This document shows, piece after piece, positions 33,780 through 47,359 of a stretch of DNA of 64,000 nt. A model generated the notes under the pieces. It saw nothing but the letters and a program-made list of their open reading frames with translations. It was not told the origin of the DNA and did no database searches. Position 1 is the stretch's first letter. Each line of letters opens with the position of its first letter. Origin of the DNA: Diplonema japonicum (taxonomy: Eukaryota > Protista > Euglenozoa: Diplonemea); NCBI GenBank assembly GCA_964019335.1, contig OZ025665.1:669932-733931 (forward strand), written 5' to 3'. The position numbers and the translations under genes are program-made.

Positions 33780-33828
33780 TTTATGCCTGTTAAAGCTTCC
33801 GTGCAAATAATAACTTAACAGTATCAGG

Positions 33829-34953
33829 TTACTTAGCAGTATCAGTTGCCTTGAGTCTGTTTGCTAGAATTGCGGCTCTAGTTACTAAATCGGCACGTCT
33901 TCTCTCAGCATTGGTTCCCTCGGCAATGCTGGACTGTGAGGACACATAATCAATAAATATGCAAGCAGACAACGCAAGCACACAGGTAAGTGGTGGGGAC
34001 AGTGTGTCCTGCGGGAGGAGGATGGAAGCAAAGCCTTGGAGGAAGAGAGAGAAGTGGGGTGCGGTCAAGGCCGAAAGAGATGCTTGGTGAGCAGCTAAAG
34101 TCTCAAAAGGCAAGTGTTCTGATAAGCGGACTTCCGACCACAGCAGTGCGAAGCGCAGCACGATGACAAAAACCACTGCTGTGATGATACACGATTCAAG
34201 GGCACGTGTTGTCCTCTTCATGATGAACCAAAAGGAGGCGGGCTTGTTGGCCCCCATGACCCTCCTCTCTCTCTCCAGGACGCCTCTGAAGTCATAGCAG
34301 TCCTTGTCCAGCGCATTCATGCTGACACGCGCCCCCCTAATCCCAACCCCTACAGGACTCGACCTGCACATCACCGTGAACAGTGTCAGCACCCCTGCCA
34401 CAAACAAGCACACTATATACATAACCATATCAACCCACCAGGGACACCCAACCTTCCTCTCCAACATATAAATAGGATACCCGACCAGTGCCGTGTAGAC
34501 AAACGAAACGAGCGGTGTGAGCAGCAGGCAGAGACCCAGCGCCAGTGCGCAACTCTTTACCTCGAACATAAGTAAGTACCACGTATCCGTACTTGTCACC
34601 ACTGCCCGTACCCAAGTGTCAGAGAAGAGCCTCCATAACGAGTCTTCATCGTCGCAGAGCTCTGCTACATGTGGTTTAAGATAGAAATAGGCAACAGCAT
34701 CCATGCTGGAGAGGGCCCTGAGTCGGTTCATCACAGGGCAGTACAGCTCCAACTCGTAAGAGTGGTTGTATTGCATCCCTGAAAGGCCTGACATGAGGAC
34801 TGCAATAGCAAACACAACGGGGAGCAAGTACGTGATGAAGAACGCCTTTTCCTTCATGACACTGGGAAGGTCCATTTCCTTGGGGTCCACGTCGCGCACT
34901 TCTTGGATCAACTCCTCCAGACACGCCGCGAGCTCATTCTGACCTGCTTCCAT
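33829..34953 (-). CDS. Hypothetical multi-pass membrane protein
   Basis: 374-aa ORF with several TM segments. Confidence 0.7.
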   Translation of the reverse strand: MEAGQNELAACLEELIQEVRDVDPKEMDLPSVMKEKAFFITYLLPVVFAIAVLMSGLSGMQYNHSYELELYCPVMNRLRALSSMDAVAYFYLKPHVAELCDDEDSLWRLFSDTWVRAVVTSTDTWYLLMFEVKSCALALGLCLLLTPLVSFVYTALVGYPIYMLERKVGCPWWVDMVMYIVCLFVAGVLTLFTVMCRSSPVGVGIRGARVSMNALDKDCYDFRGVLERERRVMGANKPASFWFIMKRTTRALESCIITAVVFVIVLRFALLWSEVRLSEHLPFETLAAHQASLSALTAPHFSLFLQGFASILLPQDTLSPPLTCVLALSACIFIDYVSSQSSIAEGTNAERRRADLVTRAAILANRLKATDTAK

Positions 34954-35494
34954 ATTGTGTACTGTGGAGACTTAAAGTAAGGACAAGAAAGCATGAAACA
35001 ACACTGGCAACACCGAGCAAGGCATCATTAGAGTTCACAAGTACAGGTGCCGTGATGCAGTAGGTACAAGCAGCTGTTTATTCTTGTTTTTTTTTTGGGT
35101 TTGATTGATGGTAAGGGTGTGGTACTTGTGTCTGAACTTTGCCAGCTGAGTAGCACTCATGAGTGGCTCTCTGCTGCATTGTCCATTAACGTTCTCCACG
35201 TCTCCATCTACAGTTGGGAACAGCATGATACGCATTGTGAAGGACCGAACAAAAAAACAAAAAACAAAAAAACAGACAAAGCTAGCTTCATTATTCACAT
35301 TATATCTCAAGCAAGGAAAGTATGCATGGGTTGGAAGAAGGCGGATAACTAGCACGCATATGGTCCTTGGTTGCTGCAAGCCCAGAAATCATAGGTTGCT
35401 GCGTTATGCTTGCAGCGCTTGCCGGCGTTCTTGTTAGCATGGCGGGGAGCAGGACTGAACTGAAAGAAACTAAAGCAAACGAACAAAGCAGGTT

Positions 35495-36859
35495 TTATTT
35501 TCTGCTAAACTGCAGGATGTTGGGTAGGGAAGAGAGACGGCGTCGGCTGCTGTACTCTTTGGGTGTGTCCGCCTGTAAATCAATATTAGTAAAGGTGTCT
35601 TCGTCTTCGTCATCCGTAGCGGCGGAGCCCTCGTCAGGTGTGCATGCGCCGCTTTGGGTGTGATGGCTATCAGCATCTTCGGTGGGTGATAGGATGTCTA
35701 TCTCCACGGAAGCCCTCGTGAGCGGGTTAGGACCAAAGCTCTTGCGCCGTGCAGGTGCAGGGATCTGGGTCGGGACATCGTGCTCGTCGTCATCCTGCTC
35801 GCTGTCCTTGTGGATGTTGTGCTCGTTGTGCTCCTCGCCGTCTTCGTAGCCGCTGTCTAGGAGCGCGTTTTTGGTCCCTTTTACAAAGGCTTTGTGTGAG
35901 TCCTGCACGAGGTCATTGATGTCCAGGACTGACTTCAGGTGGTTCAGCATAACGGTCTTGCTCTGCGCAGCCACCCCCGGGTCCATCTTTGGAAGGTGCG
36001 CAACTAAATACGGGCTGTCTTCGATCTGCTTGCACATCTTTGAATATCTGAAAGCACGGTGGTGAAGGATCGCTACGCCCACTAACTCGCAGCAGATGAG
36101 GAAGTCCTGCAGCTTGATACCCGTCTCGTCAGGGTGGTCACTGCCGAGAAGCCCTGCAAAGCCGAAGATGGAGATGGCGAAAGATTGCCAGAAAGCGAAG
36201 AAGATGACCGATTTAATACATAAGAATTTGCTTTTCGGTGTGAAGTAAACGAGCTCCGGGCCCAGCTCGTAGCCGAAGACGACGAGATAGTAGAGGGAGA
36301 TAGAAACGCTAATGTTGTAGACAATGATAACATAGAGGTATGCCGTGTCGAGGCTGTACTGGTTTTCTTTGTAGACACCCAGGGCAGTGCAGATGATGGT
36401 GGTGGCTGCCAAGAGGGGCTTCACGAATGCGTACTGAAGGACGCACTTCCTACAGTGGTTAACGAACTGTCTATCAATCTTGCAGGGACGCTGCCAGAAC
36501 ATGTGGTGCTGGGACATGCGGCCCTTTTCGTTGAGCTGCCGCATGAGCTCCTGATCACCACCGCAGAGTTCGATGAGCAAAGCCATGAACTGATAGAGGA
36601 CGTAGCCCTCGTAAGCATCGCGTATGGTGTCTAGGTAGACACTCACAGGGTCCCCAGCGATGAGGGATGCCGAGGAGTTAACTGCGTAAACTGGCAACAG
36701 CAGGAGGATCCTTGTCACGTACTTCTGCAAGTGCGGGTGCGTCCAGTGGCTTAGATGGTCGTAAATCTGAACTAGTGAGATACAACTGCCGATTGCAGCA
36801 AGGCACACAGCAGTGCTGATGGCAATCGGTTCATCCACCCAACCAAAGGTGTTTGGCAT
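35495..36859 (-). CDS. TMEM184: TMEM184 / organic solute transporter alpha family protein
   Basis: LQKYVTRILLLLPVYAVNS, RDAYEGYVLY, KFLCIKSVIFFAFWQ, LQDFLICCE. Confidence 0.92.
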   Translation of the reverse strand: MPNTFGWVDEPIAISTAVCLAAIGSCISLVQIYDHLSHWTHPHLQKYVTRILLLLPVYAVNSSASLIAGDPVSVYLDTIRDAYEGYVLYQFMALLIELCGGDQELMRQLNEKGRMSQHHMFWQRPCKIDRQFVNHCRKCVLQYAFVKPLLAATTIICTALGVYKENQYSLDTAYLYVIIVYNISVSISLYYLVVFGYELGPELVYFTPKSKFLCIKSVIFFAFWQSFAISIFGFAGLLGSDHPDETGIKLQDFLICCELVGVAILHHRAFRYSKMCKQIEDSPYLVAHLPKMDPGVAAQSKTVMLNHLKSVLDINDLVQDSHKAFVKGTKNALLDSGYEDGEEHNEHNIHKDSEQDDDEHDVPTQIPAPARRKSFGPNPLTRASVEIDILSPTEDADSHHTQSGACTPDEGSAATDDEDEDTFTNIDLQADTPKEYSSRRRLSSLPNILQFSRK

Positions 36860-38259
36860 AAGGTTGCCTTAAGATCCTGTAGCAAAAGTGGAAAAAAAAA
36901 AAGTCGTATTGCAGAATAGAACAAGAACGAGGAAAAATTTGGAAGAAAAAAAAGGGGGGGTGGTCAATAATAATAGCTTTAAAACAAATAACAAACTTTG
37001 GAGAAAATGGAGGCATGGGACGGAGAACAGTGGTCGTGCGATGGCATCGGTGGAGGGAAGGGATGAGAGTACAGCAGAGTTGGACAAGGGGCTGCATTTG
37101 TTTCTTTTTTTTTTCTTCTTCTTCCAGTTCATTTCCTTTCTTTTTTTTCTGTGGCCCAGTCATTATTTTTATTTTTATTCTCTTCTTTCTTTTTTTTCAC
37201 TCTAATAAAGGGAAGGGACGCACCTTTGCACACCTTCTACCAAAGCCCTACATTCCATGGACCAACTCCTGTTGTAAACACACTATTTTTTTTCTTCTTT
37301 TTTTCCCTCCAGAACTGCCATTTGTACATACAGCTGCTCAAAAAGGTGTTTTTTTGTAACCATAATAAAAGGGTGAGGGGGGGATATGAACACTTTTTTT
37401 TTTCGTTCCCCTTTAGAGATCCTATTTGTACACCACAACAAAGGTGCGTTCCTTTTTCTTTTTTTGTTTCTTTTTCTTCGCCCCCTCCCTCTAGCTTTCG
37501 TTTGATATCACCACCCAAGTAACCAATTTTTTTTTTAAAGTAATTACCGCAATTTAAAACAATTATGGCCCTAAATTATAAAGGCACAGCTCCATTTCAA
37601 AATTTATAAAAGGTCTCGCCTTCAGATTTTCAATAATCCCCCGTGTGCATACAATTCGAGCAAAAGATGGTTGGTTGTTGTTTGCGCACAGCAGGAATTA
37701 CTCCGTAGAAAGATAAGCCCAACAATCGCAGTTATTATATTACTCTTTTAAGCAATAACAATCATAACCAATACACCCAAGCTATTGTGGCAAGCGGATA
37801 CTGAATACCAAAATCCGTCTTTTAGACGAGCTAGGGCACTCGCCGGGTCATTAATTCAGGTCCTTAATTTTTTTAAAACACGGTATTGTTAAGAAGAGCG
37901 GACTGCCGGTCACCGAGATGTAAACTAAAAAGAAAGAAAGAAAGAAAGAAGTAAAGAAAAAGAAAAGAAGAAGAGCTCAACATGAGGAGAAGCTGTTCGG
38001 CGGCATTCAGCAAGAGCAGCAGGAAAAGAGAACAGGGATAAAAATAAAACCAGAATTCGGTCCCTCTTTATTCCCTAGCTCTAAAAAAAAAAAAAAAAAG
38101 AGAAACTAAAAAAGAAAAAAAGAAGGGGAAAAAAAAAAACAAAGGGAGGAGAGGGGAGAAAATGAAAAGGAGAGAACGGGGTGTGCATGTGTACTGCTCT
38201 AAGTACGCCCTGCCAACCTAGTGTAGTGTATCCTGAGGACGTCCTTCTATTTCAGCACC

Positions 38260-39906
38260 TCACGAACTCTCTTTCTTGGATTCATCCTGTGGTGGTGTGG
38301 TGTGGTGTGGTGTTGGGTACCTTCTCACGTTCGATCAGTATCTTATATAAATTCGACGCCTCGCTCACGGAGGAGTTCTCCGTCGCAAAATGGGTCAGCT
38401 GTGCTAGGAAATCTTTCGATTGCAAGGCTTGGCTCTGTGCGGTGTTGTGCTGTTGTCACTTGTCAGCGCATACCTTTGGGGAGTTCGCCTCAGTCTCCCT
38501 TGCGAGGTTGATACAAAACGTGCAGATGATGCCTACCCGTCGGGCATCCTTCTTGGGCTGGTTGTTAATGCAGGTCAGTGCGTTGAGCACGTAGTCGATG
38601 ATGTACTGGGTAGGGAAGCTGGGGAGCTTCACGAGCTCCGTCATGACGCTGTGCGCGCCCAAGCACACATTCATGTTGACCAAGGAGACAACGAACTCTT
38701 CTGCTGTTTTCATGTTGGTCTGCACCAAGGTAGTTATGAAGTGAGAAGCCACCGTGGCATTCCTGTCCACCAGTGTGGGGAACTTCAGAGGTGACACGCC
38801 GACCTTCAGGAGCGCATCTGGGTGCTGCGACAATTTCTGCTTCAATGCTTGCTGCTCCTCGCTAGCAAGGTTTTGCCTCAAAGCCTTCTGCACCTTGTCT
38901 CTGAGTTCAAGGGCCTCATCGGGGGTGTTTGTCATTGTGGTGTCCCACACCAGATCCGTAGTATGCCCTTCAGTGTACACCCAGCATAGCTGTGCTTGCA
39001 TTTGGTTGTGGTGCCTCACTGGCATACCTCCTGCTCTCCTACGCCCAAGGGCGGTGGCGGTGGCCGGTCGCAGATGGGGTCGAATCTCATGTCAAGAGCC
39101 TGAATATAAATATTGACAGATATTGAACATACCTCTGTTGTGTGGTAGGCCCATTCGTTGACCGGTCCAGAGTCCACGTTGTAGTGGTCGGTTGGTACTA
39201 TGATTGCAGAGGTGCCCTGGGACATATAGCCCTGGGGTACTGTGCTCTTCTCTTCATCGTATGCTCTCTTCGCTTCTTTCAAATTCTCAATCAGCGCCTC
39301 GTCCTGCTGGAGCTGCTCATGCTTCGTCTGCAGCTCTTGTATGGTATCCTGTAGTGATTCTTCTTTCGAGCACTGCGACTGCGTACCTGCAGGATCTGCT
39401 TCGGTGTTCGTGTCAAGACTTCTTGCCTGCCGCTCAGGCACTGCAGGACGAACACCTTGAGGGCTACCTTTTCTCTGAACTCTGAAGTCGCTTGCTGTGG
39501 GGGTAGTGTGTTGTAGTTGCATTAATACCTGGTTGTGTGCTTCTTTCTCGCGTATAAAGCCTTCAATATATTGCAGGATCTTGAAGAGCACGCTCTTGGT
39601 GTTGGGCGGGGGTGATCGGCTGCTGTGAGGGGGTGGTGCTTGTTGCTCGTGTTGGACATACTTTGCTTGCCCGACGGAGAAGGAGTGTAGTATGAAGCAT
39701 GTTATCAAGATTTCAGAGTTGAAATCCGTGTCACTGCAGTGATAGTACTGATCAAGAAACATGCACTGCAAGGCCATGCAGATTCGACCACCGCTTTCCA
39801 GCCTCGCACTGAGGCTTTTTAAATTTTGTAATATTTTTTGCAGGGGCTCATTGTCCATTTGTAGCAAAGCTACCAAGTCAGTCGTTTCTCGCAGGTCAAG
39901 CGCCAT
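38260..39906 (-). CDS. CNOT11: CCR4-NOT complex subunit 11 (DUF2363)-like, 5 exons
   Basis: RPPPPP..ELCWV..LVWDTTM, FPTLVDRNATVA, RRVGIICTF and the terminal helix. Four short GT-AG introns join the pieces; TGA at 38260. Confidence 0.78.
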
Positions 39907-40222
39907 TTTTTCTGGTTAATTTCCTGCCTCTTTGTTAACTACGGGTATTTAATCTTTCGCTCTTACTCTCTCTTTTGCTGTTTTTCTCGTTTTTTTTCTT
40001 CTTTTTTTTCTAAGTTAGTTACTCTTTAACTCTTTATTTCTGGGATGGGCAAAGGGCTGAAGTTGGCTGCTTACTTCTAGTGATTATATTATGTCCATTT
40101 TCCTTGGTAGGAACCACCCCCTGTATTATTTTGAGTAGACTGCAGTAGAAGAATATAGATATGAACACTTGATGTGCTGCTTGACTGACGCTTTTGATGA
40201 ATGTGGATAATAGATAGTGGGC

Positions 40223-42606
40223 TTACTTCTTTGTCTTCTTCTGCATTGCTTTCAGCTTGTCCTGTGGTGGTTGTGGTTGGTTGTTTGTTTACTTGTGTTG
40301 AATACCTTTGCGATGTCGGAGTCCTTCGTCATCTTGCGCTGCTCCTGAAGTTCCACCGTGAGGTTCTTTAGGACCTCTTCCCGTTGGGATGCCTCCTCTT
40401 GCCTCTCGCGTTCCTTCTTCTGCATGATGAACCTCGTGTCGGCCCTGATGTCACGGATTGCCTTCTTCTTCTGCTCGCGGTACTCCTGCTTCAGGGCACG
40501 CTTCTCGTCAACCTCTGTCTCTTCATATTCCGTGATCTTCAAGTTGTACAGTGGGATAGGGACAGGTCTGTGTGACTGCAGCTTCAACGGTACCCTGTTC
40601 TCGATGCAAGATGTACACACGTCTTTAACCAACGACAGCAGCTGTACGTGCGCGCTGTGAAGCGTCGTACTTTTCTTCATCCAGGCAGAGCCCTCCAGGT
40701 TTTCTAAGGTTTCCCTAAGCGGTAGCAAAGCCTGCTCTAGATACTCGACACCCTCTACCACGTTGTTTTCATCACCTTCCAAGTTATAGGTGTTCACCGC
40801 GATCTTCGCAAGTTTGTATGCAGAGCACAAGAGGGAGTGTCTGTTCTCACTAGAGTCATCTACGTTGAAGTCCTTTGTGCAAAACATCTTCTTAAAAGAA
40901 ATCCCTTTATCGTCGTGCTTTTTCTTTTTCTTCTCGTCCCCGGCAGCGAGTGTGATGCCGTTCCCCTTCAGCAGTGGGATATTCCTGGACAATGCCTTGT
41001 TCGCACGGGATGCCGCCTTCGTGGGTTCGAAGGCTTCGTCGTGTTTCCTCTTTTTGTCGCTTGCGTCGCTGTTTAAGCTTAGCACGTTGCACAAGAACAC
41101 CAGCGCTTCACCGCAGTATCTCCTGCTGTCCTTGCCCATGTCGAGAAGCACGCCTGAACGGAAAAGACCAACAGCTACATTTCTCAAACTGTCAAGAGGG
41201 GTGTCCATGAGCGAGTGGGACAGGTAAAGGGCGAGGGGTGTGCACAGCGGATGGCGATAGTCACTGGGGGGGAAGATTTTGGTGAAAATTGAGGGAACGA
41301 GAAGGGAGAAAGGTGTCGCAGGGGAGCCGGACTCGAGGAGCTCAACCAGAACAGACAGCAGCCCCCTTGCCGTGACTGTTGAAGCTACTGGTGACACAGA
41401 AGTGAGCTGCTTCAAGTTAGCGGTGATGGTATCTATTCTGCTGAAGTCGATTGTCACGTTGCCGTCCTCGCCTGGTTTGCATTCATCTTCCAGCTCGGTT
41501 AGGTAGCCCTCGAATAACGACGATGCCTGTCTCCTCGCTTTTGCTTCCTTTGTCTGCAGGCTGTCATGAGAGCTGTATTTCGGTTGGTATAACTGCTGCT
41601 CGTTCGCCTCGTCATCTTCGTCTTCACCGTCATCGCGCATTTTCCTATTTTTCTCTCTTTGCAATTTGATGAGCTGCGCTTGCGCCTCCGCGGCAACCTC
41701 AGAATTTGACTTTGTCCGCGTCCCTGCTTTTGCGACAGTTGCGTTCTCCAACTCCAGCATCAACGTGTCATACTCGTCCTTTTCCTCCTCTACTTTCTCC
41801 ACTTTCTCCACATTCGCAGCTTTTGCTTCTAACTTGTTCTCCTTTTGCACCTTCTTCAGGATCTCATTCATCCTCTTCTTCGTCTCCTGATTCACCGTTG
41901 GCACCTTCTCCCCTTCCTTCGTGGTGGCTATTCCATCATTCGAGAGGATCAACACTTTGCCAGGTCGTCGTGCGCCGCTCTCTTCCTTGGGTGCTAAAAC
42001 AGAGGGCACGGCAGTTCTGTGTTTGTACATTGATTTCATGTCGCAACATACTTTGTGCTGGTACGCGTTGCAACAAGTGAACTTATTCCTTTCCAGTCGT
42101 AATCAAGTTGGCTGATCTCGTTGTGCTTCTCTTCCCTATGGTGTGTGGATTGGCATTCGCATTACATACGTTTCCTTCTTCTTCTCTTCTCTTGCTGCTT
42201 TAGACTTCTCGATGATCTCTTCCAGGATTTCGTCCTTGTGTTTCCTTCTGTCCCGAGGAACTGTTTGTTCTTCTTCAGGGGTCTGCTGCAGCGTCTCTCC
42301 GAGAGCTTCACCATAGTGCGTGAGAACCTCGTTGTTGTCACCTAAGTTGTACTTGCCTCCTTCTTTGACCTTCCTCATTCTACCCAGCATTTGTGTCTCC
42401 GTTGCTTCGTCACCACCTTCTCTCTTGTCCACAATACCCCCAGCCTTCCCCCTGCTGCTGTACTCGACACCCAACGTCTTCTGCCTCAGCTCATGCCCTC
42501 TCACACCACTCACATCTCTTGGGTTTATGAATTTTTCTCTTGACTTTGCAGCATGCTCCTTTGCTTTCTTCTGTTTGTATTGTTGCACTTTTGTTTTGCG
42601 TTTCAT
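40223..42606 (-). CDS. NOP14: Nucleolar protein 14, 4 exons
   Basis: TLGVEY..GGIVDKR, LTHYGEAL, EILEEIIEKSK, IFPPSDYRHP, KKAIRDIRADTRF; three short GT-AG introns. Confidence 0.88.
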
Positions 42607-42700
42607 TTTCACTGAGTTGTAAGGGGCGTTAAAGTAATGCAGAAGCATCCACGAAAACACAAGGACAAAAAAAATCTATAAATCTATCTATGCAATGATA

Positions 42701-43390
42701 CTAGTCTTCAATACCTTCGCTTTCTGGTTTCACGAAAACATATATTGTTTTAATTACCTGTGGTGGTATAGTTTGGTATGGACAACACACCTTCTCTAGG
42801 CCTTGAAGGTCCATGTTTATCGTCATTGGAGAGCCGAAGGTGGACACTGCTATTCTCATTCTTAGTTCACGTTCTTCTTTCTTAGCTCTTGCATACTCAA
42901 TCCTATGTGTGGATTAGCTGGGATTTAAAAACCAATACCTAGTCACCTCCTCGCTTACAATGGACTTCAGTTCAGTTGGGTTGGCAGGCCTCAAGGCAGT
43001 GATGATTTTATTGTCGTTTTCATCTACAGAGACCCTTACACTCACTCGCGACCCCAGATTGATGCCCGGTTCAGGTGTGTCCCTCTGCCATTCATGACGC
43101 ACATACTTCGTTGCTGTTATTCCATTGACCGTGTAGTGGTGCATCCAGAACCTTCCGTGGGGTCCCGCTCGTCCCTCTTTCTCGAGCACGATATCTTCCA
43201 CAACGCCAAGGATCGCCGGCAACTGCCTCACCTTTGCCTCGACGCCTGAGTGGAGACGTGGGTTCTCCAACACTGCTTTCTGGTTTTCGGCAAGAATTTT
43301 GTCCAGCTTTGGGCTTTCGTATGCTCTCTGCGTACGCAACAGCGCCCGTCTCGAAGCGACTTGAGCACCACGTCTGCAAGAGCTGAACAT
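42701..43390 (-). CDS. Hypothetical protein with mitochondrial-presequence-like N-terminus, 3 exons
   Basis: MFSSCRRGAQVASRRALLR; two short GT-AG introns extend the frame to TAG at 42701. Confidence 0.65.
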
Positions 43391-43718
43391 GTTTTATATA
43401 ATCCCTCCTTGTTCTTTCCTGTTCTGAGTATGATTTCAAGTTTTAAAATGGCAAAAAAAAGAGAGAAGGATAGGGCCAAGTAAAAAGGTTTGTGCGAGAA
43501 GCAAATTTTTATGGAAGAAAAAAAAGATATTTGCCCTTATTGTCTTGACCCAAAACCAATTTCCGAACACTGCACAGGTAGCTTGTGTAAGAATTAACTG
43601 TAAGTGGCTGGTCGGGTGGCAGGGTGGCCTGGCAGAGTTTCCTTTTCTTCTTTGCAGTTATTATTTCTCTCTCTGTGTTTCTTTTTTGCAGAAACGTTAC
43701 CTAAGGATCAAGTTTCTA

Positions 43719-45035
43719 TCACCCTTTCCATATCCTGCATGTGTTGTCCTTCGATCCTGTGATGATGGTGTCACCTTCGTAGTTGAAAGCACAGCTGAAA
43801 ATCTCGTCCAGATGACCCTCCAGTGTTTGGATGCAGGCACCTGTGATCATGATAAAAACAATGAATCATACCTGTGTTGGGATTCCACACCTTGCATGTG
43901 CGGTCACTTGAAGCCGTAATAACTTTTGAGCCTTGAGGACTAAAAGCTACTTTAGATATTTCACCTTTGTGTCCCTCCAGAGTCGAAGAACAGGTGCCAG
44001 TAGCTGTGTGGTAAACGCGAGCTGTGTTATCAGCCGAGGCCGTAACGAGATGAGATCCTGTGGAATTAAAGGTCACATCAAGCACTTCATCTGTGTGGCC
44101 CTTGAGGTTGAAAACAGCCTTCCCACTAACTACATCCCACACTTGGCAGCTTCTGTCAATGGAACCACTGATAATTAGGTCAGAGCAATGGTTGAACTGC
44201 GTGGACGATATCTCCCCCTTATGTCCAGCAAGCGTATGCAAGCATCGGCCTGATCTCACGTCCCACACCTTGGCAGTCGTGTCGAAAGAACCTGTCACCA
44301 TGAGATTCCCAAAGCTGTTGAAGCCCAAAGATACGATCTCTGCGGTGTGGCCCACTAGCGTGTGCAGCGGTTTGCCAGTTTCTACATCCCACAGATGGGC
44401 AGTGTTGTCCATGGACCCTGTGGCGATTACGGTGCTCTGCGTGTAGTGGGTTAGTGCACTGAACATACCTGAGGGTTGAAGCACAGACAGACTATCTCTG
44501 TAAAGTGACCAACCAGAGTATACAGGCACTCTCCTGTAGTTGAATCCCAAAGCTTGCATGTCTTGTCAAAGCTGCCTGTCGCCACTCTGTTTCCAAACGG
44601 TGTGTTAAAGGAAACTGCGTACACCACGTTTTTGTGCCCTTCAAGAGAAACAAGCTCCTCTGCTGTTGCTGTGTCCCACACTTTGCAGGTCCTGTCGTAA
44701 GATCCTGTGATAAAGCGATCACCATTCTTATTGAAGAAGCAGTTTGTAAGCGGTAGGATGTGAGCCCTCAGCATCTTGTACAAGTAGAACATCTGCCCCT
44801 CTCCTCCTTTTTGTCGCTCCTGCAATTTTGTAAGCAGCTTTCTAACTTTCTGTCTGCCGCACTGTACCAGCATAGGGTTTTCAAGCATGATCTTGTCAGT
44901 CATTTCACCTATGTCGGTGTCAGCGCTCAAGGTCAACAACTCGATGGACAGCATGCCTTGCCCTCCATCTGCTTTCGTGTAGTCCACAGCGAGGCCTGGT
45001 GGGTAGTACCGCAATAGTATTCTTTGAACCCTCAT
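43719..45035 (-). CDS. DAW1: Dynein assembly factor with WD repeats 1 (ODA16/WDR69), 3 exons
   Basis: LLRYYPPG N-terminus, [13 protein letters not shown]40 repeats; 32-nt and 31-nt GT-AG introns; ends DNTCRIWKG-stop. Confidence 0.93.
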
Positions 45036-45762
45036 AACAGTTCATCTTAGTTATTCTGCCATCCTAAGGTGCGTGCTTGCAAATAACAGCAGATTACATT
45101 GCAATTAATTTATAGCAACAGGAACAGAGAATATATAAAGCACTAAGCCAGACAGAAAGAGAAGCAGCTGCTCTGGGCTGCTGTATAACAAAAAGATTAA
45201 CGTCTCAAGTAAGCTACTAGGGTTTGCCGTACGGGGTTATCAAATATTAAGAATTCATGACAAGCACTAACTTTCGTAATCGCCTCAAAAATCGAATAGA
45301 CACCATGAAGATTTGAGAAAGCAGCTAGATAGACCCCAGATGAGCGGGAATTGCACTCTTCAGGGTTGGGTATTCGAAGGGCTGAATTCCAAGAACGCCT
45401 TGCGACTAGCAGGGGCTTCTTCAAGCGGCCAGTTTCTTTGTGGCGAAGTGGGGCATATGTAGAAGTATTCGGTAAATGGGCGGATTATTCGCTATTTCTA
45501 GCTGAAATTAAAGACTCAGAGAGAGAAAACAAAACAGGAGTAGGCACCACTTTCGCTGGAGCAACTATTAACACTGGGGAAATTTACACAGACCACAAGA
45601 GGCTTTTGATGTAGAACCCCTCAGGCTGAACAAACGGATTCTTGCCCCAGACGTCAAACCCTAGTGGCACAAAAAAATAGAAACTGTGAGACGTAAGCAA
45701 TACACGCAAACCTTATGGATGCTTTGAAATGAGATAGGAAAACAGTTTAAACGCTTCAGGAG

Positions 45763-46527
45763 TCAGAAGAGCGTGTGGTCGTGTGCATCGTAGAGAGGTG
45801 TGCGGCTGGGTCGGAACATGTTGTCAATGCGCTCGGCTTCCATGACAAAGTTCGACCAGAAGTTGTCGGTGGTCAGGCGTTCCCTGGCTTCCTTTTCTCT
45901 GTACTCTCTCCCTGCACTGAGTCTGCTGCGGTGTCTTCGTGGCCTGTGGTGCGTCTTACGTGCCCGCGTGTGATCGATAGCTTCCTGGATATTTGTCTTC
46001 ACGTGGCACGCTTCGGCTAAGTTTTGTATGTCCTGAAGAAGTTTATCCACACCTTTCGCGGGAAGGCACCCACCAAGCCCGTCCTGATCAAGCAGGCCGC
46101 GTGACTCAGGGTCATAGTCCAAAATGGTTGCTGTGTTGATCGACCTCCACGTTCCATTGTTTTCCAAGATGAGTTCATCAATGCCTCTCCCGGAGGGGTG
46201 GGGTGCGTAAGTGATCTGGTCGCCACTAGGTGCTGCAAAGGTTACCGCTTGTGGGGAACTTTTAATATTGTGGCGAACACCACACTTGTCAGCAAGGTGC
46301 GCAATGCTGTCGATGGCGGAGTCCGGAACCACCACTGCAACGCCTTCTTGATCGACTATATTACCCCTTCTCTTATCGTATTTTAGTTTACTTGCAACAC
46401 CTACCCGCATCCATTCCCCACCTCCCCTAGGCTTGACTTCCTGCAGGATTCCCTTCTTGTCTGCGGCGTAGCTCACCAAGTCCCCTTCTGGCGTCGTGAA
46501 GGTCACTCTGTCATCACTGAAGCCCAT
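45763..46527 (-). CDS. Hypothetical protein with two tandem ~90-aa domains
   Basis: VTF..P.GD..(S/T)YA...G....W......L.YD.....(I/L).DQ.G....P......LA..C.V..NI occurs twice. Confidence 0.7.
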   Translation of the reverse strand: MGFSDDRVTFTTPEGDLVSYAADKKGILQEVKPRGGGEWMRVGVASKLKYDKRRGNIVDQEGVAVVVPDSAIDSIAHLADKCGVRHNIKSSPQAVTFAAPSGDQITYAPHPSGRGIDELILENNGTWRSINTATILDYDPESRGLLDQDGLGGCLPAKGVDKLLQDIQNLAEACHVKTNIQEAIDHTRARKTHHRPRRHRSRLSAGREYREKEARERLTTDNFWSNFVMEAERIDNMFRPSRTPLYDAHDHTLF

Positions 46528-47359
46528 CGTATCCTGTGTGGTGATAAGCAAAGCGTAGCCGATAGAACCAACTAATCACGTAGTCCAAATCCACCAGAAC
46601 CGCTGTGCTACATGCCTGCAGCCACGGCACGGCAAAAACGAAACACGAGAAGCATGAAAAAGCAAGAGTTCTATATTTTTCTGTCCATACAAAAGTCTGA
46701 AAAGGAATATAAAAGAAATAAATGCGTACTTCAAAATTTAAAATAGATTTACTACCAAAGACTTTGTTCTCGCATAGTGGCAGTGAACTAATATCAAAAC
46801 AAGAACATATTATCAACGGGTTCACCTAATTACTTTCGAGACTTTTGCACAGGCGGGTAATATGTCGGGAAGGGAAAAGAAGGGGAGGGGAGGGATGCCG
46901 AACTTTATTGTTACTGCTTTCGTCAGCCGAAGCGCCCAAGCAAAATAGAGGCCTCACGAGCCCCAAGTATAGCACTTCGCTTGTCAGCGTCAAAAGACAA
47001 CCTACTGTATAGAACAAATCTAAATTACAATATCGTTCAGTACCAAGTGACCAAGCAGACCTAATTGGTAGGCTACTCAGTGACACTAAAGGAGTAAGCC
47101 ACCAGAACCCAATCACGATAGAACATATGTCAACGATCAGAAAGGAAAGACCCCCCCCCCCATCCCACACCAGGTCAAGCATTTGGCTTGTCTATTGCGT
47201 CCCCTGCTTTGCGGGGGGATTGGTATAAAAAAGAAAAAGAGGGGGGGGGGAGAAAACAGAAAGGAAAGAAAAAAATAAAAAAAGAAGATTTAGTTGCGTC
47301 GCAAAGACTTGATCCCGCCATTGCGCAGCTTTAAAAGGAATTGAGAAAAAAGAGATGAT

